DNA from: Naegleria gruberi
Taxonomy: Eukaryota
Length of the DNA stretch: 7,986 nucleotides
Assembly: GCA_000004985.1 (NCBI GenBank)
Contig: GG739098.1
Reading direction: 5' to 3' (one strand)
The notes under the pieces were generated by a model. It had not been told where the DNA came from, searched no databases, and was given only the letters and a program-made list of their open reading frames with translations. Below are positions 1 to 7,986 of this stretch, in pieces. Numbering within the stretch: position 1 is the first letter of the stretch; each line of letters begins with the position of its first letter. The position numbers were made by a program, and so were the translations under genes.

Positions 1-2
1 AA

Positions 3-1343
3 GAAGGAGGCTCAAAAGATGATTATTCTTATGGAGCTAAGAATAATAATAATCAATTCATATCAATTTTTGGAAGCCTTGGCTTAAATCCAAAATTTGA
101 TGGCAAGAATGTTCCTGTTGCTGTGTCAACTGCATCCAATGGATTCATTGCTTATTTAACAGATCCAAATTATTGTAATGGAATTGCTAGTAATAATGAG
201 ACTGTTTGTAATGGTCATGGTCAATGTCAAAAAGATGGCAGTTGCCTTTGTAGTTCAGGTTTTGGTGATCAGTGTGAATTCCCAACTTGTAACGAAATCC
301 ACTTTAATGAAACAAATGTGTGTAATGGATATGGTAACTGCACTTCTTATGATACTTGTTCCTGTAATGCTGGATGGTCTGGTCAATACTGTACCGATTT
401 TTTTACTTGTTATTCAATTGCCTCATATAATAGCTCTGTTTGTTCTGGAAATGGTTTATGTTATGCATCAAATAAGTGTAAATGTAATGATGGATGGACT
501 GGATCTAATTGTGATATGTATACCTGTTTTGGTATTGCAGCAGATAATGCCACTGTTTGTAGCAGACATGGTACTTGCAATTCTGATCATACTTGTACAT
601 GCAACGGAGATTGGACTGGTGATAATTGTAATATACCTATTTGTTTTGGTTTTAGTGGAGGGGAAAGTTGCAGTCAACATGGTTCCTGTATTTCAAATAA
701 TACTTGTCAATGTAATAATGGATGGTTTGGAGCTGATTGTTCAATTCATTCATGTAATGGAACAAGCTCTCAAGATTTACAAAATGTTTGTAATAGAGGA
801 AGAGGTCAATGTGTTGACACTGATCTTTGCTCATGTAATGAAACATGGACAGGTCAATTATGTGAAATTCCTAAATGTTTTGGAGTGAATTCAAGTGATA
901 TTTCAGTTTGTTCAAGTCATGGTCAATGTATTAATGCTGACACTTGTCATTGTAATAAGGGATGGTTTGGTAGTAACTGCTCAATTCATTCGTGTAATGG
1001 AACTAGTTCACAAGATGTGAAAAACGTTTGTAATGGAGGAAATGGTCAGTGCATTGGAACAGAGTTGTGTTTGTGTAACCAAAATTGGGCTGGTCAGTTC
1101 TGTACTATTCCTAAATGTTATGGCGTTATTTCTACAGACGCTACAGTTTGCTCTACTCATGGTAACTGTACTGATGTTAATACTTGCCAATGTAATACAG
1201 GTTGGTTTGGTCCATTATGTAATGTTCACTCCTGTAATGGAACAATCTCACAAGATGTAAAACACGTCTGCAATGAGGGTAATGGAGAATGCATTCAAAT
1301 GGATAAGTGTGATTGTAAATCTGGCTGGACAGGCCAGTTCTGT
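3..1343 (+). CDS. Cysteine-rich EGF-like (tenascin-type) repeat protein, probably secreted or a surface glycoprotein. It is partial at both ends: the 5' end lies upstream of the window and the 3' end runs into the N gap.
   Basis: Frame 3 (positions 3,6,9...) is open from the first base to the last complete codon, tgt at 1341-1343, with no stop. There is no in-frame ATG before the repeats begin, so the true start is upstream of the window. The GTG at 123 used by the ORF track is a tool artefact. Translation gives ten tandem modules: YCNGIASNNETVCNGHGQCQKDGSCLCSSGFGDQCEFPT / CNEIHFNETNVCNGYGNCTSYDTCSCNAGWSGQYCTDFFT / ... / CNGTISQDVKHVCNEGNGECIQMDKCDCKSGWTGQFC. Each has 6 conserved Cys and the classic EGF C-x-C-x(2)-G-[WF]-x-G-x(2)-C tail. 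At least 13 N-x-[ST] sequons are present (NET, NCT, NSS, NAT, NGT...). The alternate frames contain only hydrophobic junk. Confidence 0.85.
174..1343 (+). repeat. Array of ten tandem EGF-like module repeats, period about 111-123 nt (37-41 codons), truncated by the gap.
   Basis: Module starts fall at the first-Cys codon tgt: 174, 288, 408, 525, 642, 753, 876, 993, 1116 and 1233. Modules 1-2 and 6, 8 and 10 are b-type (CN...VCNxGxGxC ... WxGQxCxIPK). Modules 3-5, 7 and 9 are a-type (C[FY]G...VCSxHGxC ... GWFGxxCxxHS). Confidence 0.85.
753..1343 (+). repeat. Higher-order tandem repeat with an exact 240-bp (80-codon, b+a module pair) period, about 2.5 copies before the gap.
   Basis: CNGT(S/I)SQD starts at 753, 993 and 1233, so the spacing is exactly 240 nt twice. 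Copy 1 vs copy 2 are about 50/80 identical at the amino-acid level by hand alignment, with all Cys, GW-G and IPKC/HSC linkers conserved. Copy 3 (partial) vs copy 2 is about 25/37 identical. The DNA is visibly alignable, for example ggatggtttgg...tcaattcattc[ag]tgtaatggaac at 720 and 960. Confidence 0.8.
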
Positions 1344-4300
1344 NNNNNNNNNNNNNNNNNNNNNNNNNNNNNNNNNNNNNNNNNNNNNNNNNNNNNNNNN
1401 NNNNNNNNNNNNNNNNNNNNNNNNNNNNNNNNNNNNNNNNNNNNNNNNNNNNNNNNNNNNNNNNNNNNNNNNNNNNNNNNNNNNNNNNNNNNNNNNNNNN
1501 NNNNNNNNNNNNNNNNNNNNNNNNNNNNNNNNNNNNNNNNNNNNNNNNNNNNNNNNNNNNNNNNNNNNNNNNNNNNNNNNNNNNNNNNNNNNNNNNNNNN
1601 NNNNNNNNNNNNNNNNNNNNNNNNNNNNNNNNNNNNNNNNNNNNNNNNNNNNNNNNNNNNNNNNNNNNNNNNNNNNNNNNNNNNNNNNNNNNNNNNNNNN
1701 NNNNNNNNNNNNNNNNNNNNNNNNNNNNNNNNNNNNNNNNNNNNNNNNNNNNNNNNNNNNNNNNNNNNNNNNNNNNNNNNNNNNNNNNNNNNNNNNNNNN
1801 NNNNNNNNNNNNNNNNNNNNNNNNNNNNNNNNNNNNNNNNNNNNNNNNNNNNNNNNNNNNNNNNNNNNNNNNNNNNNNNNNNNNNNNNNNNNNNNNNNNN
1901 NNNNNNNNNNNNNNNNNNNNNNNNNNNNNNNNNNNNNNNNNNNNNNNNNNNNNNNNNNNNNNNNNNNNNNNNNNNNNNNNNNNNNNNNNNNNNNNNNNNN
2001 NNNNNNNNNNNNNNNNNNNNNNNNNNNNNNNNNNNNNNNNNNNNNNNNNNNNNNNNNNNNNNNNNNNNNNNNNNNNNNNNNNNNNNNNNNNNNNNNNNNN
2101 NNNNNNNNNNNNNNNNNNNNNNNNNNNNNNNNNNNNNNNNNNNNNNNNNNNNNNNNNNNNNNNNNNNNNNNNNNNNNNNNNNNNNNNNNNNNNNNNNNNN
2201 NNNNNNNNNNNNNNNNNNNNNNNNNNNNNNNNNNNNNNNNNNNNNNNNNNNNNNNNNNNNNNNNNNNNNNNNNNNNNNNNNNNNNNNNNNNNNNNNNNNN
2301 NNNNNNNNNNNNNNNNNNNNNNNNNNNNNNNNNNNNNNNNNNNNNNNNNNNNNNNNNNNNNNNNNNNNNNNNNNNNNNNNNNNNNNNNNNNNNNNNNNNN
2401 NNNNNNNNNNNNNNNNNNNNNNNNNNNNNNNNNNNNNNNNNNNNNNNNNNNNNNNNNNNNNNNNNNNNNNNNNNNNNNNNNNNNNNNNNNNNNNNNNNNN
2501 NNNNNNNNNNNNNNNNNNNNNNNNNNNNNNNNNNNNNNNNNNNNNNNNNNNNNNNNNNNNNNNNNNNNNNNNNNNNNNNNNNNNNNNNNNNNNNNNNNNN
2601 NNNNNNNNNNNNNNNNNNNNNNNNNNNNNNNNNNNNNNNNNNNNNNNNNNNNNNNNNNNNNNNNNNNNNNNNNNNNNNNNNNNNNNNNNNNNNNNNNNNN
2701 NNNNNNNNNNNNNNNNNNNNNNNNNNNNNNNNNNNNNNNNNNNNNNNNNNNNNNNNNNNNNNNNNNNNNNNNNNNNNNNNNNNNNNNNNNNNNNNNNNNN
2801 NNNNNNNNNNNNNNNNNNNNNNNNNNNNNNNNNNNNNNNNNNNNNNNNNNNNNNNNNNNNNNNNNNNNNNNNNNNNNNNNNNNNNNNNNNNNNNNNNNNN
2901 NNNNNNNNNNNNNNNNNNNNNNNNNNNNNNNNNNNNNNNNNNNNNNNNNNNNNNNNNNNNNNNNNNNNNNNNNNNNNNNNNNNNNNNNNNNNNNNNNNNN
3001 NNNNNNNNNNNNNNNNNNNNNNNNNNNNNNNNNNNNNNNNNNNNNNNNNNNNNNNNNNNNNNNNNNNNNNNNNNNNNNNNNNNNNNNNNNNNNNNNNNNN
3101 NNNNNNNNNNNNNNNNNNNNNNNNNNNNNNNNNNNNNNNNNNNNNNNNNNNNNNNNNNNNNNNNNNNNNNNNNNNNNNNNNNNNNNNNNNNNNNNNNNNN
3201 NNNNNNNNNNNNNNNNNNNNNNNNNNNNNNNNNNNNNNNNNNNNNNNNNNNNNNNNNNNNNNNNNNNNNNNNNNNNNNNNNNNNNNNNNNNNNNNNNNNN
3301 NNNNNNNNNNNNNNNNNNNNNNNNNNNNNNNNNNNNNNNNNNNNNNNNNNNNNNNNNNNNNNNNNNNNNNNNNNNNNNNNNNNNNNNNNNNNNNNNNNNN
3401 NNNNNNNNNNNNNNNNNNNNNNNNNNNNNNNNNNNNNNNNNNNNNNNNNNNNNNNNNNNNNNNNNNNNNNNNNNNNNNNNNNNNNNNNNNNNNNNNNNNN
3501 NNNNNNNNNNNNNNNNNNNNNNNNNNNNNNNNNNNNNNNNNNNNNNNNNNNNNNNNNNNNNNNNNNNNNNNNNNNNNNNNNNNNNNNNNNNNNNNNNNNN
3601 NNNNNNNNNNNNNNNNNNNNNNNNNNNNNNNNNNNNNNNNNNNNNNNNNNNNNNNNNNNNNNNNNNNNNNNNNNNNNNNNNNNNNNNNNNNNNNNNNNNN
3701 NNNNNNNNNNNNNNNNNNNNNNNNNNNNNNNNNNNNNNNNNNNNNNNNNNNNNNNNNNNNNNNNNNNNNNNNNNNNNNNNNNNNNNNNNNNNNNNNNNNN
3801 NNNNNNNNNNNNNNNNNNNNNNNNNNNNNNNNNNNNNNNNNNNNNNNNNNNNNNNNNNNNNNNNNNNNNNNNNNNNNNNNNNNNNNNNNNNNNNNNNNNN
3901 NNNNNNNNNNNNNNNNNNNNNNNNNNNNNNNNNNNNNNNNNNNNNNNNNNNNNNNNNNNNNNNNNNNNNNNNNNNNNNNNNNNNNNNNNNNNNNNNNNNN
4001 NNNNNNNNNNNNNNNNNNNNNNNNNNNNNNNNNNNNNNNNNNNNNNNNNNNNNNNNNNNNNNNNNNNNNNNNNNNNNNNNNNNNNNNNNNNNNNNNNNNN
4101 NNNNNNNNNNNNNNNNNNNNNNNNNNNNNNNNNNNNNNNNNNNNNNNNNNNNNNNNNNNNNNNNNNNNNNNNNNNNNNNNNNNNNNNNNNNNNNNNNNNN
4201 NNNNNNNNNNNNNNNNNNNNNNNNNNNNNNNNNNNNNNNNNNNNNNNNNNNNNNNNNNNNNNNNNNNNNNNNNNNNNNNNNNNNNNNNNNNNNNNNNNNN

Positions 4301-6496
4301 NNNNNNNNNNNNNNNNNNNNNNNNNNNNNNNNNNNNNNNNNNNNNNNNNNNNNNNNNNNNNNNNNNNNNNNNNNNNNNNNNNNNNNNNNNNNNNNNNNNN
4401 NNNNNNNNNNNNNNNNNNNNNNNNNNNNNNNNNNNNNNNNNNNNNNNNNNNNNNNNNNNNNNNNNNNNNNNNNNNNNNNNNNNNNNNNNNNNNNNNNNNN
4501 NNNNNNNNNNNNNNNNNNNNNNNNNNNNNNNNNNNNNNNNNNNNNNNNNNNNNNNNNNNNNNNNNNNNNNNNNNNNNNNNNNNNNNNNNNNNNNNNNNNN
4601 NNNNNNNNNNNNNNNNNNNNNNNNNNNNNNNNNNNNNNNNNNNNNNNNNNNNNNNNNNNNNNNNNNNNNNNNNNNNNNNNNNNNNNNNNNNNNNNNNNNN
4701 NNNNNNNNNNNNNNNNNNNNNNNNNNNNNNNNNNNNNNNNNNNNNNNNNNNNNNNNNNNNNNNNNNNNNNNNNNNNNNNNNNNNNNNNNNNNNNNNNNNN
4801 NNNNNNNNNNNNNNNNNNNNNNNNNNNNNNNNNNNNNNNNNNNNNNNNNNNNNNNNNNNNNNNNNNNNNNNNNNNNNNNNNNNNNNNNNNNNNNNNNNNN
4901 NNNNNNNNNNNNNNNNNNNNNNNNNNNNNNNNNNNNNNNNNNNNNNNNNNNNNNNNNNNNNNNNNNNNNNNNNNNNNNNNNNNNNNNNNNNNNNNNNNNN
5001 NNNNNNNNNNNNNNNNNNNNNNNNNNNNNNNNNNNNNNNNNNNNNNNNNNNNNNNNNNNNNNNNNNNNNNNNNNNNNNNNNNNNNNNNNNNNNNNNNNNN
5101 NNNNNNNNNNNNNNNNNNNNNNNNNNNNNNNNNNNNNNNNNNNNNNNNNNNNNNNNNNNNNNNNNNNNNNNNNNNNNNNNNNNNNNNNNNNNNNNNNNNN
5201 NNNNNNNNNNNNNNNNNNNNNNNNNNNNNNNNNNNNNNNNNNNNNNNNNNNNNNNNNNNNNNNNNNNNNNNNNNNNNNNNNNNNNNNNNNNNNNNNNNNN
5301 NNNNNNNNNNNNNNNNNNNNNNNNNNNNNNNNNNNNNNNNNNNNNNNNNNNNNNNNNNNNNNNNNNNNNNNNNNNNNNNNNNNNNNNNNNNNNNNNNNNN
5401 NNNNNNNNNNNNNNNNNNNNNNNNNNNNNNNNNNNNNNNNNNNNNNNNNNNNNNNNNNNNNNNNNNNNNNNNNNNNNNNNNNNNNNNNNNNNNNNNNNNN
5501 NNNNNNNNNNNNNNNNNNNNNNNNNNNNNNNNNNNNNNNNNNNNNNNNNNNNNNNNNNNNNNNNNNNNNNNNNNNNNNNNNNNNNNNNNNNNNNNNNNNN
5601 NNNNNNNNNNNNNNNNNNNNNNNNNNNNNNNNNNNNNNNNNNNNNNNNNNNNNNNNNNNNNNNNNNNNNNNNNNNNNNNNNNNNNNNNNNNNNNNNNNNN
5701 NNNNNNNNNNNNNNNNNNNNNNNNNNNNNNNNNNNNNNNNNNNNNNNNNNNNNNNNNNNNNNNNNNNNNNNNNNNNNNNNNNNNNNNNNNNNNNNNNNNN
5801 NNNNNNNNNNNNNNNNNNNNNNNNNNNNNNNNNNNNNNNNNNNNNNNNNNNNNNNNNNNNNNNNNNNNNNNNNNNNNNNNNNNNNNNNNNNNNNNNNNNN
5901 NNNNNNNNNNNNNNNNNNNNNNNNNNNNNNNNNNNNNNNNNNNNNNNNNNNNNNNNNNNNNNNNNNNNNNNNNNNNNNNNNNNNNNNNNNNNNNNNNNNN
6001 NNNNNNNNNNNNNNNNNNNNNNNNNNNNNNNNNNNNNNNNNNNNNNNNNNNNNNNNNNNNNNNNNNNNNNNNNNNNNNNNNNNNNNNNNNNNNNNNNNNN
6101 NNNNNNNNNNNNNNNNNNNNNNNNNNNNNNNNNNNNNNNNNNNNNNNNNNNNNNNNNNNNNNNNNNNNNNNNNNNNNNNNNNNNNNNNNNNNNNNNNNNN
6201 NNNNNNNNNNNNNNNNNNNNNNNNNNNNNNNNNNNNNNNNNNNNNNNNNNNNNNNNNNNNNNNNNNNNNNNNNNNNNNNNNNNNNNNNNNNNNNNNNNNN
6301 NNNNNNNNNNNNNNNNNNNNNNNNNNNNNNNNNNNNNNNNNNNNNNNNNNNNNNNNNNNNNNNNNNNNNNNNNNNNNNNNNNNNNNNNNNNNNNNNNNNN
6401 NNNNNNNNNNNNNNNNNNNNNNNNNNNNNNNNNNNNNNNNNNNNNNNNNNNNNNNNNNNNNNNNNNNNNNNNNNNNNNNNNNNNNNNNNNNNNNNN
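1344..6496. other. Assembly gap of 5,153 N bases. The size is probably an estimate. The frame relationship across it is unknowable.
   Basis: Uninterrupted run of n from 1344 to 6496. It is flanked on the left by a tandem-repeat coding array that is cut mid-module. Confidence 0.99.
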
Positions 6497-6498
6497 CC

Positions 6499-6735
6499 GA
6501 ATTATGGAACAAATTCGAAGGAACTACGTTTATAATTGCTTATCTTACAATTCAAGGTCAATCATCTCGTGTTGAAGCCTTGAGACCATCCCTTCAATTT
6601 TGGGCCAATATTGAGAGAATAGTTTTTCCAATTTCATGGTCTTATGATAATATTAAAAGAGAAATTACTCTTATTTGGTCCTTGATTGATAGAAAAGCTT
6701 TGAAACGTGACCCAATTTTCTATCATCATATATAA
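6499..6735 (+). CDS. Hypothetical protein, C-terminal 78 residues plus stop. It is 5'-partial, with the upstream part in the gap. It may be the non-repetitive C-terminus of the EGF-repeat protein or a separate gene.
   Basis: It is the only frame open across the whole post-gap stretch (first full codon 6499), ending at TAA 6733-6735. In sequence of this AT content a 79-codon stop-free frame is unlikely by chance, with a rough expectation well below 1%. Third codon positions are strongly A/T-biased, like the neighbouring genes. Codon choices (caa, ggt/gga, aga, cca, ttg/ctt) match the locus. The product ELWNKFEGTTFIIAYLTIQGQSSRVEALRPSLQFWANIERIVFPISWSYDNIKREITLIWSLIDRKALKRDPIFYHHI has no Cys, no clear TM segment and no recognisable domain. 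Confidence 0.4.
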   Translation, partial: ELWNKFEGTTFIIAYLTIQGQSSRVEALRPSLQFWANIERIVFPISWSYDNIKREITLIWSLIDRKALKRDPIFYHHI

Positions 6736-6940
6736 AAGATCATTACTAAGCTTAGAAATGGTAACATCAAATTATCTCAGTGGTCACAAAACAGATTTAT
6801 GGAAAAGCCGACAAGAATTTAAACCTTCAAATTTACATCATTAATAGATCATAAAAATACAATCAATCTTCACTAAGTAATATCTTTAATAACCCAAATA
6901 AGTCAACTCGAATTCCAAACCAAACCTTTTGAGGTGTTCA

Positions 6941-6952
6941 TTTATTTTTTTT
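6941..6952 (-). promoter_or_regulatory. Second AATAAA followed by an A8 run on the minus strand (T-run TTTATTTTTTTT on +). It could be an alternative distal poly(A) signal for actin, or a T-rich downstream element for the + strand gene.
   Basis: tttattttttttg at 6941-6953 on + corresponds to caaaaaaaataaa on -. It lies about 210 nt from either stop codon in the convergent intergenic region. Confidence 0.15.
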
Positions 6953-7110
6953 GCCAATGAAATATTGTCTAGCTCTCTAATTTCAATCGTTGCCTTCCCC
7001 ATCGCTAACTACTTGACAATTTAAAAAGGTTCACACACCTGGGCCCACCAAACAAACCATGGAGATTCCAAAAATCAAGTCATTTTTGAAAAATTCATTT
7101 AAATTACAGA

Positions 7111-7116
7111 TTTATT
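7111..7116 (-). promoter_or_regulatory. Candidate poly(A) signal AATAAA for the actin transcript, 39 nt downstream of the actin stop on the minus strand.
   Basis: The + strand tttatt at 7111-7116 is aataaa on the - strand, inside the sense sequence gtaaaaataaatctgtaattt. Whether this organism uses AAUAAA is unknown. Confidence 0.25.
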
Positions 7117-7154
7117 TTTACAGAGCTCGATAGTTGACTATACAAAGTGCCAAT

Positions 7155-7986
7155 TTAGAAACACTTTCTGTGAACGATACCTGGACCGGCATCCTCATAT
7201 TCTTCCTTTGTGATCCACATCTGCTGAAAGGTCGAAAGGCTCGCTAAGATGGAACCTCCAATCCAGACAGAGTACTTTCTTTCTGGTGGAGCAACAACCT
7301 TAATCTTCATTGAGGCAGGAGCCATAGCAGTCAATTCCTTGGTCATTCTTTCAGCAATACCTTCGAACATGGTAGTACCACCAGACAAGACAACGTTACC
7401 GTACAAATCCTTTCTGATATCAATATCACATTTACCAATTGAATTGAAAGTAGTTTCATGAACACCAGCAGCTTCCATACCAATAAAGTTTGGTTGGAAC
7501 AAAACTTCTGGACATCTGAATCTTTCATTACCAACAGTGATAACATTACCATCTGGCAATTCGTATGATTTTTCAACTGAGGATGATTCAGCAGCAACCT
7601 TCATTTCAGCTTCAAAGTCCAAAGCAATATAACAGAGCTTTTCCTTAATATCTCTGACGATTTCTCTTTCAGCAGTTGTGTTGAATGAGTAACCTCTTTC
7701 CATCAAAATCTTCATCAAGTAATCAGTCAAGTCACGACCAGCCAAATCCAATCTCAAAATAGCGTGTGGCAAAGCATAACCTTCATAAATTGGAACAGTG
7801 TGAGAAACACCATCACCAGAGTCCAAAACAATACCAGTAGTTCTACCAGAAGCATACAAGGACAAGACAGCTTGAATGGCAACATACATAGCTGGAACTG
7901 AGAAGGTTTCAAACATGATTTGAGTCATCTTTTCACGATTTGCCTTTGGATTCAAAGGAGCTTCAGTCAACAAGACTGGATGTTCT
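7155..7986 (-). CDS. Actin, conventional. The C-terminal ~277 codons are present. The N-terminal ~100 codons lie beyond the window end. No intron in this portion.
   Basis: The minus-strand translation is unmistakably actin: (EHPV)[24 protein letters not shown]...[13 protein letters not shown]...[15 protein letters not shown]...[23 protein letters not shown]...[50 protein letters not shown], then TAA (+ strand tta at 7155-7157). Codons 7974-7985 continue the actin sequence (E-H-P-V), so the ORF-track start at 7973 is a TTG tool artefact. By recollection it is about 85-90% identical to vertebrate cytoplasmic actin. Codon usage is strongly biased (Leu almost all TTG, Arg AGA, Gly GGT, Ala GCT, Pro CCA, Gln CAA), as expected for a highly expressed gene. 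Confidence 0.97.
   Translation of the reverse strand, partial: EHPVLLTEAPLNPKANREKMTQIMFETFSVPAMYVAIQAVLSLYASGRTTGIVLDSGDGVSHTVPIYEGYALPHAILRLDLAGRDLTDYLMKILMERGYSFNTTAEREIVRDIKEKLCYIALDFEAEMKVAAESSSVEKSYELPDGNVITVGNERFRCPEVLFQPNFIGMEAAGVHETTFNSIGKCDIDIRKDLYGNVVLSGGTTMFEGIAERMTKELTAMAPASMKIKVVAPPERKYSVWIGGSILASLSTFQQMWITKEEYEDAGPGIVHRKCF

Noticed and set aside
178-888. A 236-aa + strand ORF (MELLVIMRLFVMVMVNV...) overlapping the EGF-repeat CDS in another frame.
   Set aside because: It is extremely hydrophobic and low-complexity, with no start context. It arises mechanically from reading the TGT/AAT/GGT-rich repeat codons out of frame as gta-atg-g. The in-frame EGF reading has conserved Cys spacing and is clearly the real one.
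468-1260. Short ORFs on both strands inside the EGF gene (468-680 -, 652-846 -, 1008-1190 -, 1033-1260 +).
   Set aside because: They are 60-75 codon alternate-frame or antisense ORFs within a strongly supported CDS. They show no conserved motifs and their composition is typical of frame-shifted repeat sequence.
6915-6928. ccaaaccaaacc, a telomere-like C/A-rich short repeat.
   Set aside because: It has only about 2.4 units, is interstitial, and sits in ordinary low-complexity 3' flanking sequence. There is no array.
7021-7060. The stretch ggttcacacacctgggcccacca looked at for a tRNA (TTC loop plus a 3' CCA) or a structured ncRNA. The GGGCCC palindrome was also noted.
   Set aside because: No acceptor, D or anticodon-arm complementarity could be built by eye. 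The TTC is not flanked by a 5-bp T-stem. GGGCCC is just a 6-bp palindrome. No support for an RNA gene.
6736-7154. Searched the 419-bp convergent intergenic region for a hidden small gene, mobile-element end or promoter.
   Set aside because: No ORF of 60 codons or more, no terminal inverted repeats or target-site duplications, and both flanking genes point inward. The region is best read as two overlapping 3' UTR and termination zones. Promoters for all three genes lie outside the visible sequence or in the gap.
7249-7597. The ORFs 7249-7461 (+) and 7343-7597 (-) inside the actin gene.
   Set aside because: Both lie entirely within the unambiguous actin reading frame on the - strand, in antisense or alternate frame. 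They are chance ORFs.
1-7986. Considered assigning the locus to a parabasalid (Trichomonas-like) genome. The reasons were the gap-ridden repetitive assembly, intronless genes and a UAAA motif overlapping both stop codons.
   Set aside because: The near-exclusive TTG-Leu, AGA-Arg and GGT-Gly codon bias of the actin gene does not match what I recall for that lineage. I cannot verify the actin sequence identity without a database search, so the question is left open rather than asserted.
1-7986. Looked for a prokaryotic-style novel system (defence island, operon, CRISPR, toxin-antitoxin).
   Set aside because: The window is eukaryotic (conventional actin, an EGF-repeat glycoprotein, no Shine-Dalgarno or operon organisation). 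Nothing of that kind is present. Claiming one would be unsupported.

Overview
This is a eukaryotic nuclear scaffold segment, roughly 35-40% GC by eye, from a low-GC organism that is most likely a protist. It is not a prokaryotic locus. Only about 2.8 kb of real sequence is present, because positions 1344-6496 are a 5,153-base run of N, i.e. an assembly gap. Three coding elements are supportable. (1) On the + strand, an open frame runs from the window start (frame of position 3) to the gap edge at 1343. It encodes a cysteine-rich secreted-type protein made of ten tandem ~39-residue EGF-like modules. Each has the motif C-x(9-11)-VC-x(2-3)-G-x-C-x(5)-C-x-C-x(2)-G-W-x-G-x(2)-C and many N-x-S/T sequons. 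The last copies form an exact 240-bp two-module higher-order repeat that runs straight into the gap. (2) A 79-codon open frame (6499-6735, + strand) starts immediately after the gap and ends at a TAA. It is probably the C-terminal end of a gene whose body lies in the gap. (3) On the - strand, a conventional actin gene (7155-7986) has its stop at 7155-7157. Its N-terminal ~100 codons lie beyond the window end, and it is intronless over the portion present. Genes 2 and 3 are convergent, with 419 bp between their stop codons. The six-frame ORFs of 1,754-2,150 aa are artefacts of translating N as X, and the short overlapping ORFs are alternate-frame noise. No RNA genes, transposons, CRISPR arrays or prokaryote-type defence systems are visible. 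The most interesting object is the giant repetitive EGF-like surface-protein gene that the assembly could not close.
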